A model generated the notes under the pieces. It worked only from the letters and a program-made list of their open reading frames with translations, did not search any database and was not told the DNA's origin. A stretch of 36,381 nucleotides of DNA from an uncultured Bacteroides sp. (GTDB lineage: Bacteria; Bacteroidota; Bacteroidia; Bacteroidales; SM23-62): NCBI GenBank assembly GCA_964642325.1, contig CAZXOJ010000004.1:1-36381 (forward strand), read 5' to 3'. A program made the translations under genes and the position numbers. Shown in pieces: positions 8,219 to 17,181 of this stretch (its first letter is position 1; every line of letters begins with the position of its first letter).

Positions 8219-8917
8219 ATGAATATTGATATATTGCAACTGGTAAAAGGTGCCCGGGAAGCCAGGGGACTCACCGTTGTGATAGATGTTTTCAGGGCAT
8301 TTTCGGCAGCCTGCTATGTCGCGGGGAACGGCGCCCGGCAGATCATCTCGGTAGGCGGGGTTGAAACCGCTTTCGGGCTTAAAACCAAACACCCGGACTA
8401 CCTGTTGATGGGAGAAAGAAATGAAAGAATGGTAGAAGGATTCAATTATGGCAATTCACCCTTCCAGGTTGAAAATATTGATTTTAAGGGAAAAACGGTG
8501 GTTCATACTACAAGTGCAGGGACGCAGGGACTGGTCAATGCTGAGCATGCAGATGAAATACTAACTGGTGGTTTTGTCAATGCTGATGCCATAGTAAACT
8601 ATATCATATGCCAGTCTCCCGCCCAGGTATCCCTGGTCTGCATGGGATACGCAGCCCGTCATCCCATAGAAGAAGATACCCTTTGTGCAAAATACATACA
8701 GATGAAGTTGATGGGTGAGACTCCTGATTACGATGAAATGACAGAAACAATCAGGCAGACCAGCGGAAAAAGATTCTTTGTGGCCAGGCACCAGGACTAT
8801 GCCCCATCGACAGATTTCTATCTTTGCCTTGACCTTAACCGATTCGATTTCATATTGAAGGCAGAAAAGATCGCTGCCGATATGGTATCACTAAAACCTT
8901 TAAAGAATGAAAATTAA
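8219..8917 (+). CDS. 2-phosphosulfolactate phosphatase (ComB) family protein
   Basis: The N-terminal VVIDVFRAFSAA and later GERN...GFNYGNSP and TTSAGTQG resemble the ComB family signature. Recognised by eye only. Confidence 0.7.
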   Translation: MNIDILQLVKGAREARGLTVVIDVFRAFSAACYVAGNGARQIISVGGVETAFGLKTKHPDYLLMGERNERMVEGFNYGNSPFQVENIDFKGKTVVHTTSAGTQGLVNAEHADEILTGGFVNADAIVNYIICQSPAQVSLVCMGYAARHPIEEDTLCAKYIQMKLMGETPDYDEMTETIRQTSGKRFFVARHQDYAPSTDFYLCLDLNRFDFILKAEKIAADMVSLKPLKNEN

Positions 8918-9509
8918 AGAAAGGATACAAAATTACTTCAGGAGCAAATCACCTTTCCGGATCACTACCGACCTTCTTTTTTACCTGTTGATCCTTTCCC
9001 TGTTAATACCATTTTCCAGGAAATTCGTGGCCACGGGGATGAATAAACTGACCATGCACAGGCCTGCCATCATCAGGGAAGCCAGCCAGGTATCACTGCT
9101 TGATGCCGATTATGATTGGACATTAATGGACATCGAAGGAAGCTCTGTCTCCTTCAGCAAATTCAAGGGGGAGGTGGTTTTCCTCAGTATCTGGGCTACC
9201 TGGTGTCCCCCATGCCGGGCGGAAATGCCCAATATCCAGCACCTTTATGAACAATATGGAGACCGTGTAAGTTTTGTGCTGGCAAGCCAGGAGGATCCTG
9301 AAACCATACTCCGCTTCATGGAGGACCAAGGGTATAGCATGCCGGTATACAGGCTTGTGCAAAATCCTCCTGCCAAACTCAGCACCTCCTCCATTCCAAC
9401 CAGCTTCCTGATTTCACCGGAAGGGAAGATCCAGGTTAGGAAAACAGGTGCTGCCAGGTGGGACGGAAAGTTTTTTACTGCCTATTTAGACGAACTGCTT
9501 TCCCGGTAA
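8907..9509 (+). CDS. TlpA/ResA-like thiol:disulfide oxidoreductase (membrane-anchored thioredoxin fold)
   Basis: N-terminal TM helix and the redox motif WATWCPPCRAEMP. The start overlaps the ComB-like gene by 11 nt. Confidence 0.85.
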   Translation: MKIKERIQNYFRSKSPFRITTDLLFYLLILSLLIPFSRKFVATGMNKLTMHRPAIIREASQVSLLDADYDWTLMDIEGSSVSFSKFKGEVVFLSIWATWCPPCRAEMPNIQHLYEQYGDRVSFVLASQEDPETILRFMEDQGYSMPVYRLVQNPPAKLSTSSIPTSFLISPEGKIQVRKTGAARWDGKFFTAYLDELLSR

Positions 9510-9526
9510 GCTTTGCAGTCCTGAGA

Positions 9527-10642
9527 TCAAGCTGCTTTGCGGTATCTCCATGTGGCGAGGAAAAGCATGATTATGGCATAGGTTCCGAGGGCATAAAATT
9601 CCCGTGCTATATCGCTAAAACCCGATCCTTTCAACAGGATCATCCGGATCACCCGGATGAAATATGCCAGGGGATTGACTGTATTAAATTTGATTGCCCA
9701 GTCCGGCATGCTCTCCGCAGGGGTAAATATGCCCGACATTAAAACGAAGGTGATGAAAAAGAAAAAGACCAGGAACATTACCTGTATCTGTGAACTGGAT
9801 ATGGCAGAGAGGAAAAGTCCGATACTCATTGCCACCAGCAGGTAGACCGAAGCAAACAGGAACAAAAGGGGAAGGCTACCCACGGTGGGAAGGTTGAACA
9901 GGATCTTGCCCAGAAAGAGCCCAAAACTCAACTCCAAGAGGGCAATGATCCAAAAGGGAACCAGCTTCCCGATAATGAACTGGTACTTCCGGATGGGGGT
10001 CACATTGATCTGCTCTGCCGTACCCAGCTCCTTTTCCCTGACAAGGTTGAGTCCCGTGAGAATCATCCCAATCATGGTAACCAGGATCACCAGGATACCC
10101 GGCAGCATGAATATTTTATAATTCAGGTCGGGATTGTACCAGAAAGAATACCGCACCCTGACCTTCTGCATCTGGCCACTCACGGGCCCCAGCCGTTCCA
10201 CCAGGATACGCTCATTGAAATCCATGATCACAGCTGTTGCATATGCGTTGGAGAGACCCGCTGTCGTTGCATTGACAGCATCTGCAAGGACCTGCACCCG
10301 GGCAGCATTTTCACGATTTAAGGACCGCTCAAATCCCTGGGGGATATGTAGGACGATATCGGCATCATTGGATCGCAGTTTATCCTCCCCTTCCTCAATG
10401 GAGAAGGTGAAGTCCTTAATCTTAAAGAAGGGTGATGCTTCAAAGGCACCAACCATTCTGCGTGACACGTCTGACAGGTCTTTGTCCACCACCACCATTT
10501 CAATGTTCTTCATTTCCAGCGTGGCAGCAAATACTAGTACCACGAGTTGCACTATTGGAACAACAAAAATGATAGGAAGCATGAATTTGTTCCGAAAAAC
10601 CTGGATAAATTCTTTCTGCAGTATGTAGATGACCGTTCTCAT
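9527..10642 (-). CDS. ABC-2 type transporter permease (YbhR/YbhS-like)
   Basis: One N-terminal TM helix, a large extracytoplasmic loop, then about five C-terminal TM helices. The start forms an ATGA overlap with the upstream permease gene's stop. Confidence 0.85.
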   Translation of the reverse strand: MRTVIYILQKEFIQVFRNKFMLPIIFVVPIVQLVVLVFAATLEMKNIEMVVVDKDLSDVSRRMVGAFEASPFFKIKDFTFSIEEGEDKLRSNDADIVLHIPQGFERSLNRENAARVQVLADAVNATTAGLSNAYATAVIMDFNERILVERLGPVSGQMQKVRVRYSFWYNPDLNYKIFMLPGILVILVTMIGMILTGLNLVREKELGTAEQINVTPIRKYQFIIGKLVPFWIIALLELSFGLFLGKILFNLPTVGSLPLLFLFASVYLLVAMSIGLFLSAISSSQIQVMFLVFFFFITFVLMSGIFTPAESMPDWAIKFNTVNPLAYFIRVIRMILLKGSGFSDIAREFYALGTYAIIMLFLATWRYRKAA

Positions 10643-11745
10643 GCTAGCCTGATTTTAAACCTGCGAACACTATTGGCAATAAAAAACAGCATCATGAAAA
10701 CCAGGACCAGTGTCTCCTTCCAGACAAAGGCCATGCCTGTACCCTTTAGCATGATACTTTTTACGATGATGATGAAATACTTGGCAGGCACGATATGGCT
10801 TATCCATTGGAGAATCTCCGGCATATTCTCTACTGGAAAGATAAACCCGGAAAGCAGAATGGTCGGCAACATTAGCATCATCAAGGATAAAAACATGGCC
10901 ATCTGCTGGGTCTCCACAATAGTGGAGATAAAGATACCCAGGGTAAGCGCCACACTTATGAAAAGGAGGCATTCAAATAGTAAGAGGGCCAGGCTTCCAT
11001 GGACCGGCAACCCGAACACAAAATATCCTAGCACCACTATGGTGACGGCGTTGATAAATGAAAGTACCACATAGGGCGTGACTTTCCCGAGGATGATCTG
11101 CAAAGGCCTAAGGGGTGATACCAGCAAGGTTTCCATGGTCCCCATCTCTTTTTCCCTTGTGATGGTTATGGAGGTCATGAGGGCTGAAACGATCATCAGG
11201 ATGAGGGCCATAACGCCGGGCACAAACATGAAGGCACCCTTCATGCTTTCATTATACATCATCCTTATTTCCGGCTGTATCCTGAGCGGTCCCCCGGCAT
11301 CAGCCTGGAGTCCAAGGATATAATCCTGTATAATGGCGGAAGTATAATTTACCACCAGGTTGGCTGTATTAGCATCGGATGCATCTGCGATCAATTGGAT
11401 ATCGGCTGTTTTTTCCCGCATCAGTTTGTACCCGAAATCAGGTTCGAAGACTATGATCTGCTTTACCATACCTTCCTTGAACCTGGCTTCAATATCATCT
11501 GCGCTTTCCAGGTACCCGTCAAATATGAAATATTCAGAAGCCATGATCTTATTGGTAATGTCACGGGAGAACCTGTCGCGGGACTGGTCAAATACAGCCA
11601 CCCTTATATCTTTCAATTCATTGGTAACAGCATAACCAAAGATCAATAACTGCACAGCCGGAAGGGCAAACAAGATCAACAGGGTCCTGAAATCCCTGAT
11701 GATATGAACAAATTCCTTGATGACAAATCCTCTAAACCTCTTCAT
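10639..11745 (-). CDS. ABC-2 type transporter permease (YbhS/YbhR-like)
   Basis: Same topology as, and paralogous to, the downstream permease. Confidence 0.85.
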   Translation of the reverse strand: MKRFRGFVIKEFVHIIRDFRTLLILFALPAVQLLIFGYAVTNELKDIRVAVFDQSRDRFSRDITNKIMASEYFIFDGYLESADDIEARFKEGMVKQIIVFEPDFGYKLMREKTADIQLIADASDANTANLVVNYTSAIIQDYILGLQADAGGPLRIQPEIRMMYNESMKGAFMFVPGVMALILMIVSALMTSITITREKEMGTMETLLVSPLRPLQIILGKVTPYVVLSFINAVTIVVLGYFVFGLPVHGSLALLLFECLLFISVALTLGIFISTIVETQQMAMFLSLMMLMLPTILLSGFIFPVENMPEILQWISHIVPAKYFIIIVKSIMLKGTGMAFVWKETLVLVFMMLFFIANSVRRFKIRLA

Positions 11746-11755
11746 GCTTTGAAAT

Positions 11756-12484
11756 TTATCTGGCTATGGCTAAAAACACCTCATCCATATTCTTTACATT
11801 ATAAGTTGATTTCAGTCCCCCAGGAGAATCAATGGCTTCTATTTTTCCTGCATCCATGATACTTACCCGATCACAATATTCTGCTTCATCCATATAATGG
11901 GTTGTTACGAAGACTGTTATCCCATCATGAGATGCCTGGTAGATCAGGTCCCAGAACTGTCTGCGCGTTACAGGATCAACGCCTCCCGTCGGCTCATCCA
12001 GGAAAACAATCCTGGGCTGATGGAAGATGGCCACGGAAAAGGCAAGTTTCTGCCTCCATCCCAGTGGCAACTCCGTGATCAATTTGTTCCTGACATCCTG
12101 TAATCCCAATTTTTCAAGCAGTTGTTCAGTGCGTTCCTTGATATATTTCCTCCCCAGGCCATAGATCCCGGCATAGAACCGTATGTTCTCATATACTTTC
12201 AGGTCTTCATAGAGGGAGAATTTCTGGCTCATGTATCCTATGCTCTTCTTGATTTTTTCCCTGTCAGTATATATATTATATCCGGCCACCCTGATCTCTC
12301 CGCTGGTCGGGAGTGATAGTCCGCATAGTATCCTCAGCGCAGTGGTTTTACCAGCTCCGTTTGCTCCCAGGAATCCAAAAATCTCACCCTCACTGACATC
12401 AAATGTCAAATGGTCATTGGCAGTAAAATCTCCAAATTTTTTCACCATATCCCTGACGGCTATAACCTTATTATCCTGGTTCAT
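11756..12484 (-). CDS. ABC transporter ATP-binding protein with a non-canonical signature motif
   Basis: Walker A GANGAGKTT, Walker B IVFLDEPTGGVD, and signature position LPLGWRQKL in place of LSGGQ. I prefer the ATG at 12484 (MNQDNKVIAV...), which forms an ATGA overlap with the upstream gene's stop. The ORF track start at 12529 lies inside that upstream gene. Confidence 0.9.
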   Translation of the reverse strand: MNQDNKVIAVRDMVKKFGDFTANDHLTFDVSEGEIFGFLGANGAGKTTALRILCGLSLPTSGEIRVAGYNIYTDREKIKKSIGYMSQKFSLYEDLKVYENIRFYAGIYGLGRKYIKERTEQLLEKLGLQDVRNKLITELPLGWRQKLAFSVAIFHQPRIVFLDEPTGGVDPVTRRQFWDLIYQASHDGITVFVTTHYMDEAEYCDRVSIMDAGKIEAIDSPGGLKSTYNVKNMDEVFLAIAR

Positions 12485-13413
12485 TTTACCTGGTTTAGTT
12501 CTTCTTTTGACATCAGCTCCATAAAACAATCCTCCACACCTGGTTGTATGGATTCTATATGAATCTTTTTGTGTCCCATCTTTTCCAGCCAGGCCTGCAA
12601 TTTTTCCGGTCTATCTTCCTGTTTCAAAGTAATATGCAGATCCTGGCCGAAAAGAAATACACTCCGGGTATCAGCATATCCTGCCAGGTCATTCTTCACG
12701 CTGTACATATTCTCTGCCCTTAAAGCCCAGAGCTGTTGCTGAAAATCCTCCTTGATCCTGCCAGGGGTATTTACGGAAAGTAATTTCCCATCCTGCAGCA
12801 GGGCCACCCTGTCACATAATTCAGCTTCATCCATATAGGGTGTCGAAACCAGAATTGTCAGGTCAGATCCTTTCAGCCTGAGTAACATCTCCCAGAATTC
12901 TTTACGTGAAACTGCATCCACCCCTGTGGTCGGTTCATCCAGTATCAGTATCCTTGGTTTATGTATCAGGGCACAGGAAAGGGCCAGTTTCTGTTTCATC
13001 CCACCGGATAATTTGCCTGCCCGCCTTTTTCTAAAGGGTTCAATCTGGATGTATATATCTTTGATGAGGTCATAATTTTCCTCCACAGTAGTTCCGAAAA
13101 CAGTGGCATAAAAAGACAGGTTCTCCTCAACAGTCAAATCCTGGTAGAGAGAAAATCTTCCAGGCATATACCCGGTTATTTTCCTGATCTCCCTGAAATC
13201 CCTGTCCACATCAAATCCTTCCACCGTGGCAGTTCCTTCATCCGGCAGAAGGAGGGTCGTCAGTATCCTGAACAGGGAAGTCTTTCCTGCTCCATCAGGG
13301 CCAATCAATCCGAATAACTCACCCCCATTCACCTGGAAGCTGATGCTGTCAAGGGCCAGCACATCTTCATAGTGCTTGGAGACATCCCTGATATCAACAG
13401 ATATTTGGCTCAT
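12481..13413 (-). CDS. ABC transporter ATP-binding protein with a C-terminal extension
   Basis: Walker A GPDGAGKTS, canonical signature LSGGMKQKL, Walker B ILILDEPTTGVD. I prefer the ATG at 13413 (MSQISVDI...), which forms an ATGA overlap with the amidotransferase stop. The ORF track start at 13419 is a TTG. Confidence 0.9.
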   Translation of the reverse strand: MSQISVDIRDVSKHYEDVLALDSISFQVNGGELFGLIGPDGAGKTSLFRILTTLLLPDEGTATVEGFDVDRDFREIRKITGYMPGRFSLYQDLTVEENLSFYATVFGTTVEENYDLIKDIYIQIEPFRKRRAGKLSGGMKQKLALSCALIHKPRILILDEPTTGVDAVSRKEFWEMLLRLKGSDLTILVSTPYMDEAELCDRVALLQDGKLLSVNTPGRIKEDFQQQLWALRAENMYSVKNDLAGYADTRSVFLFGQDLHITLKQEDRPEKLQAWLEKMGHKKIHIESIQPGVEDCFMELMSKEELNQVK

Positions 13414-14123
13414 GTCCAATTATTTTTTTGTTCCGGATCCGGGAACCTATCCAGTAACTGAAATAAAATAAGTTTGTTCTCCGGGCAGTATTCCAGTCCT
13501 TCCTCTATCTCCGCGACTGACTGTACAAAGGCCCCCTCTGTCAGGTCATCCGCAGCATGCTGCAATAAGCCTTCTACTACCTGCAATGTGACTTCCAGGT
13601 GAAACTGCAGGGCAATCACATGATCGCCATAAAGGAATCCCTGGATGCGGCAGGCAGCTGAAGATCCCAGCAGGTTTGCCCCCTCCGGAAGATCAAAGGT
13701 TTCTCCATGCCAGTGCAAGGGTGTGAAGATCGCCGGGAATACCTGCTGTATTTCATTATCCTGAGGCTCTCCGTCCCGGTGTACCGGGAACCATCCGATT
13801 TCCTTCTCCCTGTTTTTGAATACCTTCTCACCCAGCGCATCAGCAATGAGCTGGGCCCCCAGGCAGATCCCGAGTACAGACTTTTGCTCCCGTATACAGG
13901 CCTTGATGAGTTCCTTCTCAGCGACCAGGAATGGATATCTTTCCTCTTCGTAGATATTCATAGGTCCGCCCATAATTACCAGCAGATCAATATCTTCAAT
14001 ATCCGGAAAGGAAAAATTCTCAAACAATTTCCAAACCTGCATGGAATGGCCACGCTGGTCCATCCAATCGGCAATGTAACCGGGTCCCTCGAAACCAATA
14101 TTCATCAGGCAGTGTGCTTTCAT
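13410..14123 (-). CDS. Class-I (type 1) glutamine amidotransferase-like protein, stand-alone
   Basis: Nucleophile elbow GICLGAQL and an HxE dyad in LQFHLE give an apparently intact Cys-His-Glu triad. The start is 3 nt after the HlyD stop, and the stop overlaps the ABC ATPase start. Confidence 0.85.
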   Translation of the reverse strand: MKAHCLMNIGFEGPGYIADWMDQRGHSMQVWKLFENFSFPDIEDIDLLVIMGGPMNIYEEERYPFLVAEKELIKACIREQKSVLGICLGAQLIADALGEKVFKNREKEIGWFPVHRDGEPQDNEIQQVFPAIFTPLHWHGETFDLPEGANLLGSSAACRIQGFLYGDHVIALQFHLEVTLQVVEGLLQHAADDLTEGAFVQSVAEIEEGLEYCPENKLILFQLLDRFPDPEQKNNWT

Positions 14124-14126
14124 GCC

Positions 14127-15023
14127 TTAATTTGCTGCTTGTTTTGAAAAATTAACTTCGCCTGGCATGCCGATTTTCAGCCGGCCGTCATTCAAGACCT
14201 CAACCTTGACAGCATATACCAGGTTTACTCTTTCCTCCTTTGTCTGTATGATTTTAGGGGTAAACTCTGATTTACCGGAGATCCATGTGACTTTTCCCTC
14301 GAGGGACTGCTGTCCCTCAGCACCCTGATCGATCAGCACCTCCACCTGCTGTCCCAATTTGACCTGGGCCAGTTGATTTCCTGAAATATATACACGCAAT
14401 ATCATGCTTTTCATATCAGCGATTTTGTATAAGGCTTTGCCAGCCATTGCCATTTCATAAGGTTCAGTGAATTTTTCCAGTACGGTTCCATCCATAGGGT
14501 TCACGATGATATTTCTATTCAACTGATCCACCACCATACTAACCTGTGCTTCCATGGCAGTCATCTCACTATCGATGGTCTCATAACTGGATTGCGTTGC
14601 AATGATTTGCTGCTCCAATGTATTCAGTTGTCCTTTCAGGTCATCCATCTGTTTGCCCGTGGCTGCATTGTCTCTCAGGAGGTTTTCAAGCCGCTTTTTC
14701 TCTACCAGCAAGGTCTGTTTCTGTGTTTTCTGCACCTGGATCTGTGCCCTGACGCCAGCTTTCTGAGCATTGATGGCTTTGATCTTCGCCTTCAGCTGTA
14801 TGACCTGGAGATGGAGGGGAATAGTGTCAATAAAGCCTACCGCCTGGCCGACAGAAAGGATATCGCCTTCATCCAGATCCAGCTCCAGGATCTTGCCACT
14901 TCCTTCAGCGGAGATCAGGTATTCTATGGTTTCAAAATTACCATAGGCATCGGAAAGGTCATCCCGGCCTGAACATCCTGCAATTAATACAAGCAACAAT
15001 ACTTGAATAATTCTATTTTTCAT
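14127..15023 (-). CDS. HlyD-family periplasmic adaptor (membrane fusion protein), lipoprotein
   Basis: Lipobox LIAGCS, a long coiled-coil segment (QKAGVRAQIQVQKTQKQTLLVEKKRLENLL...), and a C-terminal beta-barrel region with GMPGEV. Confidence 0.85.
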   Translation of the reverse strand: MKNRIIQVLLLVLIAGCSGRDDLSDAYGNFETIEYLISAEGSGKILELDLDEGDILSVGQAVGFIDTIPLHLQVIQLKAKIKAINAQKAGVRAQIQVQKTQKQTLLVEKKRLENLLRDNAATGKQMDDLKGQLNTLEQQIIATQSSYETIDSEMTAMEAQVSMVVDQLNRNIIVNPMDGTVLEKFTEPYEMAMAGKALYKIADMKSMILRVYISGNQLAQVKLGQQVEVLIDQGAEGQQSLEGKVTWISGKSEFTPKIIQTKEERVNLVYAVKVEVLNDGRLKIGMPGEVNFSKQAAN

Positions 15024-15041
15024 GATTTGAATATTATTGTT

Positions 15042-16310
15042 TTATATGATTCCTTTTGTAGTCAGGTAATTGATCTGTGCCTGCACCAGCTGGATCCGGT
15101 GGGTTTCAAGCCTGATCCTGGCTTCTGTTTCAGCATTCAGTTCAGTAATATAATCTGTTGTGGTGATCATTCCGTTTTCTAGCTGGGAGGCAGCACTTTT
15201 GCTGATCTTTTCACGTAGGAGAACTATTTCTTCATCACGGATGACAGCTTCACTGTATTTGGATATTTCAGCCTGTTTCTCTGACAGTTGAATGTTCAGG
15301 TTTTTATCAAAAGCTGCTTTCTGTGACCTGACAAGTTCCTGTTGTATGCTTATGTCCTGCTTGCTCCTGCTGGTCTTACTCCAATCCCATATATTCCATT
15401 GTAGTCCTGCCCCTACAACATAATATCCCCTGAGCTCATCCCGGAAGAAATTCAAACCGGGATTTCCATAGGCAAATGATCCGAATACATATGCCTTTGG
15501 ATGACGCTGTTTTGATACCAGATCCATACTTGCATCCAGGTTGAGGATCTGCAGGTCGTACAATACCTGCTCCGGCCTGGGTATTTCTACCAAAACCGCC
15601 ACATCAGATTGAGGCAATACCAGTACGGCCCCCTCCTGTATATCCATCATAGTAAGATTGCCAAGCATCTGGAATACAGATGATTTTGTAATGCTGATCT
15701 CAGACAGAAGCTGCTTCACCTTCAGGATCTCTGCCTTCATGATATCCAGGTCGGAATCCAGGAATATCTCGTTTCTTACCCCTGATTCAATGACCGTAAA
15801 CCTTTTCTCCAACTCATCCAGTTTTAGTTGAATGCTTTTCTCCTGCTGTTGCAAGGCCAGGATGTAAAAAAATAGCTGGTTCACCTGATCTTTCAACTGG
15901 TTAAGGCTCACTTCCACCTGCTGCTGGTTTATGAGCAGGGTGGACTCTTCAACCTTTTTACTGGATTTGGTAAAACCTCCATCATATATGGTTTGCTGGA
16001 TATCCAGGCTCAATTTATAATTATAATGAGGCATCAAGGGTGTTTCAAATCCCGGTATCTCAACAGGAATAGGCAGTTCAACCACTTCATTCTGCCAGGT
16101 GTATTTCCCGTTCAGATCCAGGCTTGGATACCAGTTTGCGGTATGATTCTTTGTTCTCAGTTCTGAAGATTGGGAATACAAATCCTTCTGTTTGAAATAA
16201 GGATGATTTTCAATGGCGGACTTGTGACAATCATACAGTTGAAGTGTATCCACCGGCTGGGCCAGGCAAATGCCTGAATAAAAAACCAGCATGCTAATGA
16301 TGTATCTCAT
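15042..16310 (-). CDS. TolC-family outer-membrane efflux protein
   Basis: Signal peptide, 422 aa, two-repeat helical/beta architecture. It sits directly upstream of the HlyD/ABC genes. Confidence 0.8.
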   Translation of the reverse strand: MRYIISMLVFYSGICLAQPVDTLQLYDCHKSAIENHPYFKQKDLYSQSSELRTKNHTANWYPSLDLNGKYTWQNEVVELPIPVEIPGFETPLMPHYNYKLSLDIQQTIYDGGFTKSSKKVEESTLLINQQQVEVSLNQLKDQVNQLFFYILALQQQEKSIQLKLDELEKRFTVIESGVRNEIFLDSDLDIMKAEILKVKQLLSEISITKSSVFQMLGNLTMMDIQEGAVLVLPQSDVAVLVEIPRPEQVLYDLQILNLDASMDLVSKQRHPKAYVFGSFAYGNPGLNFFRDELRGYYVVGAGLQWNIWDWSKTSRSKQDISIQQELVRSQKAAFDKNLNIQLSEKQAEISKYSEAVIRDEEIVLLREKISKSAASQLENGMITTTDYITELNAETEARIRLETHRIQLVQAQINYLTTKGII

Positions 16311-16330
16311 TTCTATAGATATTTCGTATT

Positions 16331-16963
16331 TTATTGATTATAACCCTGGAAGGCCATGCCGACGATTTCAGGCACATGCTTTTTCCTTTCCTCAAGAAAT
16401 TTTTCGTAGGCAGGCGCATCATCTTTGAATGCAACTTTTTGTAATAAAGCTCTGCCAATGTATGGGAAGATTACCATTCCCAGCAGGTTGGCAATCATAT
16501 GCCGCGGATCTATATCAACCATTCCAAGAGATTCCAGTTCCCTGGACAATCCTTTAATGGCTATATCCGGATCCAATCCGGTTTGTTGAATAATAACAGC
16601 CAGGCGGTCAGGGTTCAGCGATATCTCCTGGAATACAAATACTGGTAAATAAGGATTTTCCTTCAGCAATTCTGAATATGTATCAACGAAGATCTGCACT
16701 TTCTCAATAAAAGGCCTGTTTGATGCAAATGCCTCAACCATTGTAGGAAATACACGGGCAAGCACCTTTGCAAATATGGTATCGAAAAGCTTCTCCTTGT
16801 TCCTGAAATAATAATGCAGGAGGGTCCGGTTAATACCGGCCTCATCCGCAATATCCTGCATGCTTGCACCTAGCCTGCCCTTCTTCATGAAAACCTTGCC
16901 AGCTGCTTCAAGGATCTTTCGTTCAGTATCAGGCTCCAGGTTTTTCTTTTTATCAGTTACCAT
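16331..16963 (-). CDS. TetR/AcrR-family transcriptional regulator
   Basis: N-terminal helix-turn-helix SMQDIADEAGINRTLLHYYFRNKEKLF. It is the first gene of the efflux operon. Confidence 0.9.
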   Translation of the reverse strand: MVTDKKKNLEPDTERKILEAAGKVFMKKGRLGASMQDIADEAGINRTLLHYYFRNKEKLFDTIFAKVLARVFPTMVEAFASNRPFIEKVQIFVDTYSELLKENPYLPVFVFQEISLNPDRLAVIIQQTGLDPDIAIKGLSRELESLGMVDIDPRHMIANLLGMVIFPYIGRALLQKVAFKDDAPAYEKFLEERKKHVPEIVGMAFQGYNQ

Positions 16964-17015
16964 CTGATCAAGTATTTATTTCTTACTACAGTACTGACAA
17001 ATTCGTCAAACTATA

Positions 17016-17052
17016 GTGTTTAACAAACAAGTTTAACTATTTTGTTAAACAC
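17016..17052. promoter_or_regulatory. Candidate TetR operator: perfect 12-bp inverted repeat GTGTTTAACAAA-N13-TTTGTTAAACAC
   Basis: Read directly. The arms are at 17016..17027 and 17041..17052. The spacer holds a third GTTTAAC heptad at 17031..17037. The site lies 53-89 nt upstream of the tetR start in the divergent intergenic region. Confidence 0.5.
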
Positions 17053-17181
17053 AAGTGTAAAACTATGCTTTTTTTAAATACCTGTCAAGTTTTTTTGGAA
17101 TTTTTTTAACATTTGATTTAATACATATCATATCTAGGCATGTGAAATTATATATCTTTACCGCCTAATTTCCTTAAAATC

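Noticed and set aside
8198-8392. 64-aa minus-strand ORF overlapping the start of the ComB-like gene.
   Set aside because: It is antisense to a gene with family motifs, has no start context or recognisable features, and begins inside the coding sequence.
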